From: Eledone cirrhosa
Lineage: Eukaryota
DNA length: 64,000 nucleotides
Assembly (NCBI GenBank): GCA_964016885.1
Contig: OZ024745.1
Location: 15,066,001 to 15,130,000 of the forward strand
Reading direction: 5' to 3'
Both the position numbers and the translations under genes were made by a program. The notes beneath the pieces were generated by a model that was given only the letters and a program-made list of their open reading frames with translations, ran no database searches and was not told the DNA's origin. Of the stretch, positions 26,855 through 39,285 are shown in pieces (the first letter of the stretch is position 1; each line of letters begins with the position of its first letter).

Positions 26855-27023
26855 TTCTAGAGAAGAATGAACACCATGCATACAAATACCCGCACACATA
26901 TACACACACAAACGTATATATAATAAAGTATTATATGAAACTAATACTTTATTATATATACGTTTGTGTGTGTATATGTGTGCGGGTGTTTGTATGCATG
27001 GTGTTCATTCTTCTCTAGAACGA
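26852..27023. repeat. Near-perfect inverted repeat (82-bp arms, 8-nt loop TATGAAAC)
   Basis: 26852-26933 is the reverse complement of 26942-27023 with one mismatch; abuts (TA)n. Confidence 0.92.
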
Positions 27024-27365
27024 ATTATGACCAAGTCGATCAAACTAGCGTTCAATTTGATCGGGTGTTCCACAAACACGTGTAACCTTAACGTAATTCT
27101 GAGGTAAAATCAATATTGTAACCAGACAGGCACAGTTCATGAGCCGGTCTTCTATATAATGCCCATCATCATGCAATGCACTGTAAAGGCAACGGACGAT
27201 CAGAGGGGTGGTGAAATAGATTAGCTGAACATACCACACAGTAGGATTGAACTCAATACCTTGTGATTGCAAATCGAACTACGGAACCATTCGGCCATTC
27301 AGAAAAACATAGCCATAAGGCGAAGAACAATTTCAATCTTTTATTATGTTCTGAAAAATCTTAGT

Positions 27366-27417
<52 letters not shown>

Positions 27418-27707
27418 ACAAATAACGAAACGAAATTAAATTTCGTTTCGTTTGTAACTCACTTTTGTATGGCTGACGCTTAAACAATTAAGTTAAAAAT
27501 GTACATCCACATATGTATACTGAAATACTAGTATGCATATGAATACACACACGTATACATATGTAGATGTACCAAGTTTTTAACTGGTCACTTTACCGTG
27601 AGTGTCCAGCTATTCTGTATGTAAACACACAGACAAACCGGTTTTTAGAGTCATACTGGTTTTTGAGGAAACACCTTTCCTCTATTCTGCAGAAAGCCAG
27701 ACAAGGA

Positions 27708-27750
27708 ATATTGAACTAGTTTCGTTGTTGTTACAACTCATCAGCAATAT
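27708..27750 (-). ncRNA. Minimal type I hammerhead ribozyme (family B)
   Basis: atattg-CTGATGA-gttgt aaca acaac-GAAA-ctag-TT-caatat; perfect helices I and II, palindromic helix III, GUU site. Confidence 0.88.
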
Positions 27751-28172
27751 TTACCTATCTACCGGCCTTTCTGGAGAATCGTAAAAGCACATATCGTTAT
27801 ATGCTTTTTCTATGAAAATTAGTAGTGGGCAGACTAATTTGCATAGAGTGTGAGTACGTACCGGTTCAACGGAGACGATAAAAACAAATAACGAAACGAA
27901 ATTAAATTTCGTTTCGTTTGTAACTCACTTTTGTATGACTGACGCTTAAACAATTAAGTTAAAATGTACATCCACATATGTATACTGAAATACTAGTATG
28001 CATATGAATACACACACGTATACATATGTAGATGTACCAAGTTTTTCACTGGTCACTTTACCGTGAGTGTCCAGGTATTCTGTATGTAAACACACAGACA
28101 AACCGGTTTTTAGAGTCATACTGGTTTTTGAGGAAACACCTTTCCTCTATTCTGCAGAAAGCCAGACAAGGA

Positions 28173-28215
28173 ATATTGAACTAGTTTCGTTGTTGTTACA
28201 ACTCATCAGCAATAT
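28173..28215 (-). ncRNA. Minimal type I hammerhead ribozyme (family B)
   Basis: Identical to 27708-27750. Confidence 0.88.
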
Positions 28216-28406
28216 TTACCTATCTACCGGCCTTTCTGGAGAATCGTAAAAGCACATATCGTTATATGCTTTTTCTATGAAAATTAGTAGTGGGCAGACT
28301 AATTTGCATAGAGTGTGAGTACGTACCGGTTCAACGGAGACGATAAAAACGAATAACGAAACGAAATTAAATTTCGTTTCGTTTAGAAAGGCCGGTAGAT
28401 AGGTAA

Positions 28407-28449
28407 ATATTGCTGATGAGTTGTAACAACAACGAAACTAGTTCAATAT
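28407..28449 (+). ncRNA. Minimal type I hammerhead ribozyme (family B, inverted arm)
   Basis: atattgCTGATGAgttgtaacaacaacGAAActagTTcaatat on the plus strand. Confidence 0.88.
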
Positions 28450-28668
28450 TCCTTGTCTGGCTTTCTGGAGAATAGAGGAAAGGTGTTTCCTCAAAAACCA
28501 GTATGACTCTAAAAACCGGTTTGTCTGTGTGTTTACATACAGAATAGCTGGACACTCACGGTAAAGTGACCAGTGAAAAACTTGGTACATCTACATATGT
28601 ATACGTGTGTGTATTCATATGCATACTAGTATTTCAGTATACATATGTGGATGTACATTTTTAACTTA

Positions 28669-28719
<51 letters not shown>

Positions 28720-28761
28720 GAAAGGTATAGAAATTGTTTTAGCGGGAAGCTAACAGTATTC

Positions 28762-29155
28762 CATAACATATATGCGACTATGTCATAACATATATGCGAC
28801 TATGTCATAACATATATGCGACTATGTCATAACATATATGCGACTATGTCATAACATATATGCGACTATGTCATAACATATATGCGACTATGTCATAACA
28901 TATATGCGACTATGTCATAACATATATGCGACTACGTCATAACATATATGCGACTATGTCATAACATATATGCGACTATGTCATAACATATATGCGACTA
29001 TGTCATAACATATATGCGACTATGTCATAACATATATGCGACTATATCATAACATATATGCGACTATGTCATAACATATATGCGACTATGTCATAACATA
29101 TATGCGACTATGTCATAACATATATGCGACTATGTCATAACATATATGCGACTAT
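28762..29155. repeat. 22-bp minisatellite, ~18 copies (cataacatatatgcgactatgt)
   Basis: Direct reading; nearly homogeneous. Confidence 0.95.
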
Positions 29156-29472
29156 ATATATATATTTACCTCCATCATGGATCTACTAAGCACCCTTGCT
29201 ATATTAACACGTTTTGATCTGTTTTTCTTCAAGAACTATGCCTGTAAATAACATTAATTTTTTTCTTTCACATTGACTTATTATGCTCCACATTACGCCC
29301 CTTTTTTTCCTTTTTCTTTTTTCTTTTTTCTTTTTTCTTTTTTCTTTTTTCTTTTTTCTTTTTTCTTTTTTCTTTTTTCTTTTCACTTCATAAACCTTGT
29401 TTGTAAATAACATTATTCTTTCTGCACCATTACTCTTAACATGTCCAACACCGCCATTCTACACCAATACAT

Positions 29473-29523
29473 ATTGTTATCATTTGATAATGCATAAAAA
29501 TGCTGAAACCGGTAATAGACAAT
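29473..29523 (+). ncRNA. Hammerhead variant with U3-A8 core (probable solo PLE pLTR remnant)
   Basis: attgttatcat-TTGATAA-t gcat aaaa atgc t-GAAA-ccgg-TA-atagacaat. Confidence 0.6.
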
Positions 29524-29757
29524 TATTAAATAAATAGATAAATGCCATTGTTAATTAATAAATAAATCAACTAATACCTTAACACTTCACACAAAGTAAA
29601 ATATTTCGTTTTAATCATGTTCTAACCCAGAAAAAAGAGAGAAATAAATAAAAAGGGAAAAAAAAAATGTTTCTTCCTAATAATCGTCTTTTTCTCCCTG
29701 TTGTCATATATATATATAATTATGTGTGTGTGAATGTGAATGTGTGTGTGTATACAC

Positions 29758-29798
<41 letters not shown>

Positions 29799-31011
29799 AC
29801 ACACACACATACGGTCACATCCACACCCACGCACATTTGTAATATATCTATTTGTCTATCTCCCCCTTTCTCTCTCTCCGTATATATATATATATATGTG
29901 TGTGTGTGTATGTGTGTATGTATATATATGTATGTATGTATATATATATGTATGTGTATATATGTAAGTATGTATATATCTGTGTATGTATGCATATAAT
30001 ATACACTAATGCAATCTCAACCATGAATACTTTGAGAACAAACACAGAGAACAGTTAGAAGTGTGTTGTTTGTTTCACGCATATATGAAATGTTAAAACA
30101 AATGTCTCCAACACATCGGAGACAATTATTGGTAGGAGACAATAAGTAAGAAAAAAGTCAGATATGTTGGGCTGAAGTTGACAAGATTTTAGGAATACAT
30201 TTATTCTACGTGGTGATGTGTATGTAATTGTAAGGGCAGAGCGCCCTGGCCTCTCTATGATACTGTGTGTGTCTTTGAGGGGCATCGTGTGAGTGCGTCC
30301 AGTTTTCATGTTATAAGTCTGTCTCTGCGTGCGTTTCGAAATAATTGTTAGTTTGTGTGTATAATATAGTAATATGTGTTTTTGTTAGTTTGGTATGAAT
30401 GTCGTTGAGGGTGTGGGTGTTCATTAAATAGTGTGCATATCGATTTGTATGTTTATCGTGTGAATCAGCCGAAGCATGTAAATGTAAAAGTGAATTATTG
30501 TACACGTTTATTTGTGCTAATCGGGTTTGTGAATATCGAGTTCCTGTTTGTCGACGTGTGCTTTTAAGTGTGTATCTCTGGATATTTGTGTGTGCCACTT
30601 TCTTAGCGCCATTGGGAGTGTCAAGCAGTTTTTATCTGTGTATATATAAATGTGTATATATAAAAATTTCCTGTTCGTTTTGAGAATACGCAGCTCAAAA
30701 CGTTTTTAAGGAAAACAATAACAAAACCACGCCCCTTGCTGCAGCATTGATGAGGAGGCTGCAGATGAGGGGTTTAGATAACAATATACACTAAGACTGT
30801 TGATATATATACAATAATGATCTGAAATACCTTTAAATTGATATTTGAATATCTGAAATCCTTAACATGTTGCGTATAAACTATTCCATTATTTCGCCAA
30901 AGCTATGAGATCGATGGACAGTTTCCAATCCTATTCAGTAAAATATTTCTCATTATTCATGATTCCTATAATCAGCTAAAATCTAAGAGAAACAGCAAAT
31001 AAGGACGGTAA

Positions 31012-31245
<234 letters not shown>

Positions 31246-31679
31246 AGTTTGTCTACAGTCTGCGATAACATTTATTTATATTTTGGTTGAATATGTCAGT
31301 CTTTGTAACTATTCCAATTTACTCCGCCACTCAAAAATACACTATAATATACCCCTTAATTTTTGCAATTTAATTAACGTATATACCATTTTTATAGTCA
31401 GTGAAAACTACAATGCCTAAAAGAAATTGTCTGTTTGATGTTTCAATAGCATTTCTGCTAGCTTTCAATTACATATAGCTGTATTAAATGAGGTAGTAAC
31501 TATATCATTGTGAGAATATGCTAATGTATATTTGTTTAAATAAAAGTGTATCAGTTGGTGTATCTTGGTTATCATTCAGAAATACAAAATGAATTCCATA
31601 TATTGTATTGATGTATTTGTTTTGCTAATATCATTTGGAACCTATCGTAACTTTTTAGACATAGTTATACTTGCATCAT

Positions 31680-32000
31680 AAGCAACGAATTGGGAGAATC
31701 GTTAGAACGCCGAGTGGAATGTATTGTGGCATTCGTTCCGGCTTTCTACTCTCTGAGTTCAAATCCCGCCAAGGTCAACTTTGCCTTTCATCCTTTCGAG
31801 GTCGATGAAAAAGTACCAGGCTAGTACTGGGGTCGATTCTTCCTTTATGTCTATTTTTCACTTCCTCTCTCACTTTTGGACTCCGGAGGAAATTTGTTGT
31901 TTTCAGACCTGGAGAAGGGAAAGCTTCGCCAGGCTTAAAATACTCAAGAAAGTTCATACGTCAACACGGCACCACTACCAGTCCATCAGGAGTGTGAGGG
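31680..32000 (+). mobile_element. SINE variant with extended 3' segment
   Basis: Head ggagaatcgttagaacgcc, gagttcaaatccc, core, then gacctggaga..gcttcgccagg extension. Confidence 0.72.
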
Positions 32001-33513
32001 CCGAATCATACCATATATATTACATCTAACGGATATAATGGTAAGGTAGCCTCTAGAATAGAGGATGATATTAAACTGACTGATGTTAGTCAGCTGATAA
32101 TAAATTTAATAGTTATACAGTAGTGGTAAATTGTTAGATGATAATAAAAACTCCATCGTGTCTTTGTTATATATTCACGTTAAGGAAATCTTTAAGATAA
32201 TTTGGGAAAGATTTGTAAACCAAAACATAAATGTAGTGAATATTTCATGTGAATCTGAGATACAAGTCTCTTGCAAAAGTATTCCTTTTCAGGATATCTA
32301 CTATGCCAGTATCTAACATCTCTCTTTATGTGGTAAAATATGTAATTATTCTTTGAATGGTCGTTTAATGTGTTACTCAACTAATTTCAACTCATCTTAG
32401 ACTGAACATATATAATTAGTGATATATGTTGGAGTCGGAGTTTTGCAATCTTTCATTAGCTTCTATAATTGGATGAGGAAGGACATTAACTTTGAAAACT
32501 AATCTAGATGCCATGGACAATTAAAGACGGGTATTCGACGTTAATTCATCAATCCATTGATTACTTGATGATTCAAGATATATCTAGATTATAGGAACGC
32601 CATTTATCAAGTGAGCTGATCACTAGTTAATTGCATACTTATAAGAAATCATATAATGTCAGGGTTATAAAGATTTACTTGGTACTTTACATTACTATCA
32701 TGATAGGAACCGACTCTTAAAATGTATTAAAACTATTAGAAAATATTCTATTAATTAAAGATATAATACATTACTGACCAGTATTTTATAAATCAATATA
32801 ACTATCAGAGATAGTATCAAACCCTTATATCAAAATCGATCAGTATCACGAGAAAACACGCCAAAATAGTTTTTATTTTCGGTTTTTGAATTAGTTAAAT
32901 TATTGATTAGTGATCGATAATAGATCAATTATGTGCCGTAATAAGATGTCCTGTCTGAAATTGTATTGACCATCAAGCTGTGATAGTTGCATACTTCTAC
33001 GTTATACCTAGTACATCGATAACATTTTAATACAGCTTCTATACATTTAGGTGAAATACTTTTTGAAACACATGATTTGCTGTGGTTCCTAAATGCAATA
33101 GTAAACAAGACATATTTACATGCGTTTCTTTGAAAAAGAATTACTTTATATGTTTGCAGTAAACCCATAGAAACTTTTTCCTCAAATATAATCTGTTTAG
33201 AAATGTAAGCAAGGATTTTAATTAAATTCCATCTGAAATTAGATTAACATAAACACACCTGAAAGCCAGTTCTTGCGGGAAACTTTCCATCATATATAAA
33301 CACTATTGAACAATTATTAGATATCACATTTTATCAAATTGCAATGTGATTAATCAATAACGAAGAGAATGGGAATAAGAGAGTATTATAAAACTTTTCA
33401 TGAAATTTTAAGAATTAAAATGTCTGTTTTTTAAATATTACTTTCTAATTACCTACAGGATGTAAAGGATCTTTCTAATATCCATATTTGCTGAAATATT
33501 TAAATGTTTCAAC

Positions 33514-33560
<47 letters not shown>

Positions 33561-33561
<1 letters not shown>

Positions 33562-35170
33562 TTGTCCTTGCCCTGATGCCCTTGACCATTATGCTGCGAA
33601 AAGTGAGAGCAGGATACAAGTTGGGAAGGGGAGAGCTTACCATCAATCACCTCCTCTTCATGGACGATCTTAAGCTCTTCGGGAAAAGTGAGAAGGAGTT
33701 GGATGTGCTTGTTGACACTGTCCGTATTTTCAGCAGTGATATATGTATGCAGTTTGGTATTGGTAAATGTGGAGTCATTGTGATGAGGAGGGGTAGGTTG
33801 AGCAGAAGTAACGGGATCCAGATACCAACAGGTGAGATGATAAAGGAAATTGACTCTGAGGAAGGATACAAGTATTTGGGCGTTCTGGAGGCTGATGGCA
33901 TAAAGAACAAAAAAATGAAGGAATTGTTAAGAACTGAATACATTCGGAGAGTAAGGAGCGTATTGAAGTCACATCTGAACAGCAGAAATGCCATAAGCGC
34001 AGTAAATTCCCGAGCTGTGTCTATTATTAGGTACAGTGCGGGAATTCTGAGATGGAATGTTGCTGAACAAAAAGAAATGGATAGGAAGACTAGGAAGCTA
34101 TTGACTATCTACAACATGTTCCACAAGAGGAGTGATGTCGATAGACTCTACCTAAGGAGATCTGAGGGTGGAAGAGGTCTTATCAGCATAGAGGACTGTG
34201 TTCAGATGGAGAAAAACAACCTATACAAATACGTGACCTATAGTAAGGAGCCAATGCTCAGAGCTGTACTGAAGGAGGGGACAGTAGGCCAGGGGATATC
34301 CAAGGAGGAAATAACATCAAGGAGGAAGAGCAGCCTTAAGGGAAAATCCCTTCATAGTACCTTCTTTGAGAAAACTGAATTTAGAGATCCACAGACATGG
34401 AACTGGTTGAGAAGAGGAGACCTCAAAAAGGCTACAGAAGGAATGCTAATGGCTGCGCAGGAGCAGGCCCTCAAAACGAAGTGGTTGAAGCACCATATCT
34501 ACAAGGAGGAGGCTAGCCCACTGTGCAGGATCTGTGGAGAGAGAGAGGAGACTGTGGCTCACATTGTGTCCGAGTGTAAACACCTAGCCCAGACCCACTA
34601 TAAGGGCTGGAGACACGATGTGATGGGCAGGGTGATCCACTGGCACCTGTGCAAAGTAAACAATCTACCACATTCTGAGAAATGGTATGAGCATAGGCCA
34701 GAGGCGGTGATGGAGAACAGTCAGGTGAAGGTGCTGTGGGATTTTAGGATACAGACGGATAAAAAACTGGAACACAATAGACCTGACCTGGTGGTTGTGG
34801 ACAAAGAAAAAAGATCGTGCCTGATTGTGGATGTGGCCTGCCCGTTCGACACGAGAGTGCAAGAGAAGGAGAGGGAGAAAATTAACCGATACCAGGACCT
34901 AAAGTGGGAGGTGAAAAGGATTTGGAACTGCCATGAAGTCAAAGTGATCCCGATTGTCATAGGCGCACTGGGGACTATCTCCAAAGGTTTCCAGGGATGG
35001 TTAAAGAAAATCGGCCCCTTCACGCTTTTTGGAACGCTTCAAAAGGCATGCTTGCTTGGAACGGCAAGAACCCTCCGATACGTCCTGAATATCTGAGGCT
35101 GCAGGTAGTGGCTTGATATTCAATCCAACGGACTTTCCAGTTAACCAACATCAATGACTGAGATTCAAGG
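33561..35170 (+). mobile_element. Dong-B, 5'-truncated copy flanked by (TAA)n
   Basis: (TAA)n at 33514-33560 and 35171-35191; homologous to 113-1212 and 7515-8900. Confidence 0.93.
33576..35096 (+). CDS. Uninterrupted 506-aa partial RT + CCHC + RLE frame of Dong-B
   Basis: HLLFMDD, YKYLG, GGRGL, CRIC..H..C, RHD, RPD..D, EK..RY. Confidence 0.78.
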   Translation: MPLTIMLRKVRAGYKLGRGELTINHLLFMDDLKLFGKSEKELDVLVDTVRIFSSDICMQFGIGKCGVIVMRRGRLSRSNGIQIPTGEMIKEIDSEEGYKYLGVLEADGIKNKKMKELLRTEYIRRVRSVLKSHLNSRNAISAVNSRAVSIIRYSAGILRWNVAEQKEMDRKTRKLLTIYNMFHKRSDVDRLYLRRSEGGRGLISIEDCVQMEKNNLYKYVTYSKEPMLRAVLKEGTVGQGISKEEITSRRKSSLKGKSLHSTFFEKTEFRDPQTWNWLRRGDLKKATEGMLMAAQEQALKTKWLKHHIYKEEASPLCRICGEREETVAHIVSECKHLAQTHYKGWRHDVMGRVIHWHLCKVNNLPHSEKWYEHRPEAVMENSQVKVLWDFRIQTDKKLEHNRPDLVVVDKEKRSCLIVDVACPFDTRVQEKEREKINRYQDLKWEVKRIWNCHEVKVIPIVIGALGTISKGFQGWLKKIGPFTLFGTLQKACLLGTARTLRYVLNI

Positions 35171-35191
35171 AATAATAATAATAATAATAAT

Positions 35192-35559
35192 GAGTTGGAT
35201 GTGCTTGTTGACACTGTCCGTATTTTCAGCAATGATATATGTATGCAATTTGGTATTAGTAAGTGTGGAGTCATTGTGATGAGGAGGGGTAAATTGATCA
35301 GAAGTAACGGAATCCAGGTACCAACAGGTGAGATGATAAAGGAAATTGACTCTGAAGAAGGATACAAGTATTTGGGTGTTCTGGAGGCTGATGACATCAA
35401 GAACAAAAAAATGAAGGAATTGATAAGAACTGAATACATTCGGAGAATAAGGAGCGTATTAAAATCACATGTGAACAGTAGGAATGCCATAAGTGCAGTA
35501 AATTCCCGAGCTGTGTCTATTATTAGGTACAGTGCGGGAATTCTGAGATGGAATGTTGC
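35192..35559 (+). mobile_element. Dong-B internal fragment
   Basis: DVLVDTVRIFSND..YKYLGVLEADDIKN..LRWNVA. Confidence 0.85.
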
Positions 35560-37449
35560 GGTGGGGTTGCCGCCGGTGGTGATGGTGGTGCTAGTGTGGG
35601 TGGTGATGGTGTTAGTGGTGTTGCTGCTGTAAATCTTTGCAGTAGCCTTTACCCATTTTTCGTTTCTTTCCTCCCTTTTCGAAGGCGATGATGCGCTGCT
35701 TCTGCGTTTGTGCCTTCTTACGACCTTTTGCCATCCCTCTCCCACCTCACATGCCATGTCCGATTCTGTGAGGTCGAGGAGGGGTACCAGCTCCACTCTT
35801 TCACTTGTTGTTGTTGGTGATGTTTGCAGTGGAGTCTCTGTTGCAGCTGCAGTTGGTATTGCTGTTGTTGTTGTTAGTACTTCCACTGCTACTGCTGTTC
35901 TTGATTTCCGTGGCGTGGGTATGGGTGCCACGGACCTATCCTTCCTGGTTGCTGCCTGTCCTGTTGCTGGTAGCAGTGGAGCCGGTTTCGGAAGGAGGGG
36001 GGTTTTCTCCTTTCTCATGGTGTTCTCATTGCAGAAGGCCCTGAGGTGAGTCTTCGATCCACAGTGAAAGCATTTCGGGCGTTTGCCCTCAACACTTATG
36101 GGCAGTTGAGTGCAGTTATCGAAGTCTATCACATCCGGGATAGCTTCGATGCACTCCTGGTTGGTTTGGATTACCATCTCAATGGAGGTGCCGACCCAAT
36201 CTTCTCGTACTTTTTTCTGTACTTGCAGTACAGTTGTTTTGTCCTCGATTCCGACGAGGACAGACGCGGCCAGCCAAGAAGGGGCCATCCGGGGGGGGGG
36301 GGGGTCGTCACAATTTTTTGTCCACAGTAGGAGGGCACCAACACCATTTCCTCGCTCCTTAGGGTCACTAAGGATTGAGCCTTTGCCTCCTGGGGTGTGG
36401 CAAAAAGCACGTCCACGGTGGCATATTTCTTGCCTCGGGTGATATGCGTTTTCCGCTGCCACACAGACCATAAGGCTTTTTGTATTTGAGCCTCTGTGGC
36501 CCTTTCAACCCTACGGGATTTTGTGCTTACTGTACCGTACGTGACCGTACAGTACTGTTGGGTTTCGAAACATTTTTCGGCTGCCGTGCAGATTGCTCGG
36601 TGTTCAGTTTTCGTCACCATCTTCTTTGCTTCCTGTAATTCCTCATTTGTTATAAGGATGGTTTCCAGGTTCTTTGCGATACCTGCAAACGAGATTGGTT
36701 TTTCTTTGTTGTTGTTGTTGTTGTTGTCGTCAGAGCTGCTGTTACTTTTGTTGTTGTTGCTGGTACTACGACTACTGCCGCCGCCGCTGTTGCTGTGGTT
36801 GTTGTTGTTGTTGCTGCTGCTGCTGCTGCTGTTGTTGTTGTTGCTGTTGCTGCTAATGCTGTTGTTGTTTATGCTGCTGCTGATGCTGTTGCGGCTGCTA
36901 CTGTTGTTTTCCCTGTCACTGTTGCTGCTGCTGCTGTTGTTATTACGGCTGCTACTGCTATTATTCATGACGTCAATCGAATGAAATGGGTTTTCGTATT
37001 TACCGCACACCTTTTTCGTCGTTGTCGTCGTCGTGGAGAAGTGTTCCACGTTTTGCACGTGATTTTGGAAACTATTTTTCTTTACTGGCGTCGCTTGCGA
37101 AAGAGAAGGGAGGGAGAGAGACACATTTAGAGAAGGGAGGGAGAGAGACAATCTTCTCTCTGGTGTAGTGACGATTGAGGAAGAAGAAGAGGGAATGAGT
37201 GGGAGTGACTTGTGAAAATTCTTTTTTGTAGCCATGTTTTTTTTGGTTTAAAATAAATATTGGGCACAACACCCCAATAAGCGGTTATTTAACCCCGAAG
37301 GGCCAAATAACGGGCAGAAAGACCCCTCTCACGAGGAGGAGGGTGTTTTTGTCTACAATTTGGTTAAAGTTTTAAACAATTTACAATTGTTATAGCGGTG
37401 AAAATTTACAATACCTTACAGAGCCGAGCCTCCGTCAACCATGGCATTC
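35560..37449 (-). mobile_element. Tx1-like LINE 5' part (5' UTR + ORF1 from 37235, frameshift at G-run near 36300)
   Basis: STKSRRVERA, HITRGKKYATVDV, VPSYCGQ, VEGKRPKCFHCGSKTHLRAFC homologous to ORF1 at 13.8-15.8 kb; starts after a TTA run. Confidence 0.85.
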
Positions 37450-37479
37450 AATAATAATACTAATAATAATAATAATAAT

Positions 37480-38283
37480 GAAAACTGAATTCAGAGATCC
37501 ACAGACATGGGACTGGTTGAAAAGAGGAGACCTTAAAAAGGCTACAGAAGGAATGCTAATGGCTGCGCAAGAGCAGGCCCTCAAAACGAAGTGGTTGAAA
37601 CACCATATTTACAAGGAGGAGGCTAGCCCACTGTGCAGGATCTGTGGAGAGAGAGAGAGGAGACTGTGGCTCACATTGTATCCGAGTGTAAACACCTAGC
37701 CCAGACTCACTATAAGGGCTGGAGACATGATGTGATGGGCAGGGTGATCCACTGGCACCTATACAAAGTAAGCAATTTACCACATTCTGAGAAGTGGTAT
37801 GAGCATAAGCCAGAGTCGGTGATAGAAAACGATCAGGTGAAGGTGCTGTGGCATTTTAGGATACAGACAGACAAGAAACTGGAACACATAGACCTGACCT
37901 GGTGATTTTGGACAAGGAAAAAAGATCGTGCCTGATTGTGGATGTGGCCTGCCCATTTGACACGAGAGTGCAAGAGAAAGAGAGGGGAAAAATTAACCGA
38001 TACCAGGACTTAAAGTGGGAGGTAAAAAGGATTTGGAACTGCCATGAAGGTCAAAGTGGTCCCGATTGTCATAGGCGCACTAAGTACTATCTCAAAAAGT
38101 TTCCAGGGATGGTTAAAGAAAATTGGCACCGCCACGCTTTTTGGAACGCTTCAAAAGGCATGCTTGCTGGGAACAGCAAGAACCCTCCGATACGTCCTGA
38201 ATATCTGCGGCTGCAGGTAGTGGCTTGATATTCATTTCAACAAACTTTCCATTTAACTAACATCAATGACTGAGACTCAAAGA
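37480..38283 (+). mobile_element. Dong-B 3' fragment, frameshifted
   Basis: KTEFRDPQTW..CCHC..RLE; 3' UTR catcaatgactgaga; (AAT)n tail. Confidence 0.88.
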
Positions 38284-38354
38284 ACAATAATAATAATAAT
38301 AATAATAATTATTATTATTATTATTATTGTTGTTGTTGTTGTTTTTGTTGTTGC

Positions 38355-38387
<33 letters not shown>

Positions 38388-38494
38388 GATATTTAAATAC
38401 TAGTGTATTTAAGTGCAAATAAAGAAAAGCTTATGGTGTAGTGTGAGGATAAATGAATGCTATGTTTATTTCACTCCACACTGAGGAAAACAGC

Positions 38495-38910
38495 TCTTCT
38501 TCTTCTTCTTCTTCTTCTTCTTCTTCTTCTTCTTCTTCTTCTTCTTCTTCTTCTTCTTCTTCTTCTTCTTCTTCTTCCAACCGAGCTCGTGGCTGTTATC
38601 CAACCATCTTGCTTATGGTCTACCTCTGGGTAACCAACTGGTTGTCTTTTCCCGTAAACTCTGTTCAGCGATTCTTTCTTGAGGCATGCTAATCATATGT
38701 CCGTATCACAGGAGCTGTCAACTCTCGATTAGGTAACATAGTAGCTCTGTCTGGAGCGACTATCTATTCTCTGAGCTATACACTCTATCTAGTAACGTGA
38801 CTTCAAAAACCCTTCGGTAAAACCCCATTTCGGTCGCTTGTATTCGCGATCGTATTCTTTCGGTCATTGCCCACGATTCATTACAATACTGAATAGTGGT
38901 TACGAACACC
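38495..38910 (-). mobile_element. RTE-like LINE 3' fragment with (GAA)n tail
   Basis: ESWAMTERIRSRIQATEMGFYRRVFEVTLLDRV is a typical RTE post-RT motif; (TTC)n at 38495-38577 on plus. Confidence 0.7.
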
Positions 38911-39285
38911 TTCCTTCTTCTGATGTCCAAAGCATCTACCTTCCTTTTCTTGATGACCAAGGCAACTACCTATCTCTTTTTTGATGACCAAGGCATCTAT
39001 CTACTTCACTTCTGATGTTCGAAGCACCTATCTTTCTTCTTTTGAATACCATCACACCAACCTACCTCTCTTTTGACGGCTAAGACACTTACCTCCCGTC
39101 TTTTGATGACCAAAGCACCAACCTACCTCTCCTCTGACGACCAAGTCATCTTCCTACATCTATTTTCATAACCAAGTCATCTACCAAACTCTCTTTTGAT
39201 GGCAAAGTCTCTTTTCATGACCAAGACACCAACCCACCTCTCTGTTGATGACAGAGACACATACCTCTCTTTTGATGACTGAGTG
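38911..39285. repeat. Degenerate ~33-bp tandem repeat (ttttgatgaccaaggcatctacctacctctc-like)
   Basis: About 10 diverged copies of the tgatgaccaag motif. Confidence 0.7.

Larger units (their letters stand above)
27411..28673. mobile_element. Hammerhead-bearing non-coding repeat family B: ~2.1 tandem 465-bp monomers (minus sense) plus inverted partial monomer (plus sense)
   Basis: 465-bp direct repeat (27602 vs 28067); inverted arm 28385-28673; (TA)n on both flanks; three hammerheads. Confidence 0.9.

Noticed and set aside
27602-28555. Three repeated 60-62 aa ORFs in family B
   Set aside because: Non-ATG starts, antisense to the hammerhead, no recognisable motif; they recur only because the DNA is repeated
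35020-36471. 483-aa ORF as a single protein
   Set aside because: Chimera of a frameshifted Tx1 ORF1 reading on into the antisense strand of Dong-B
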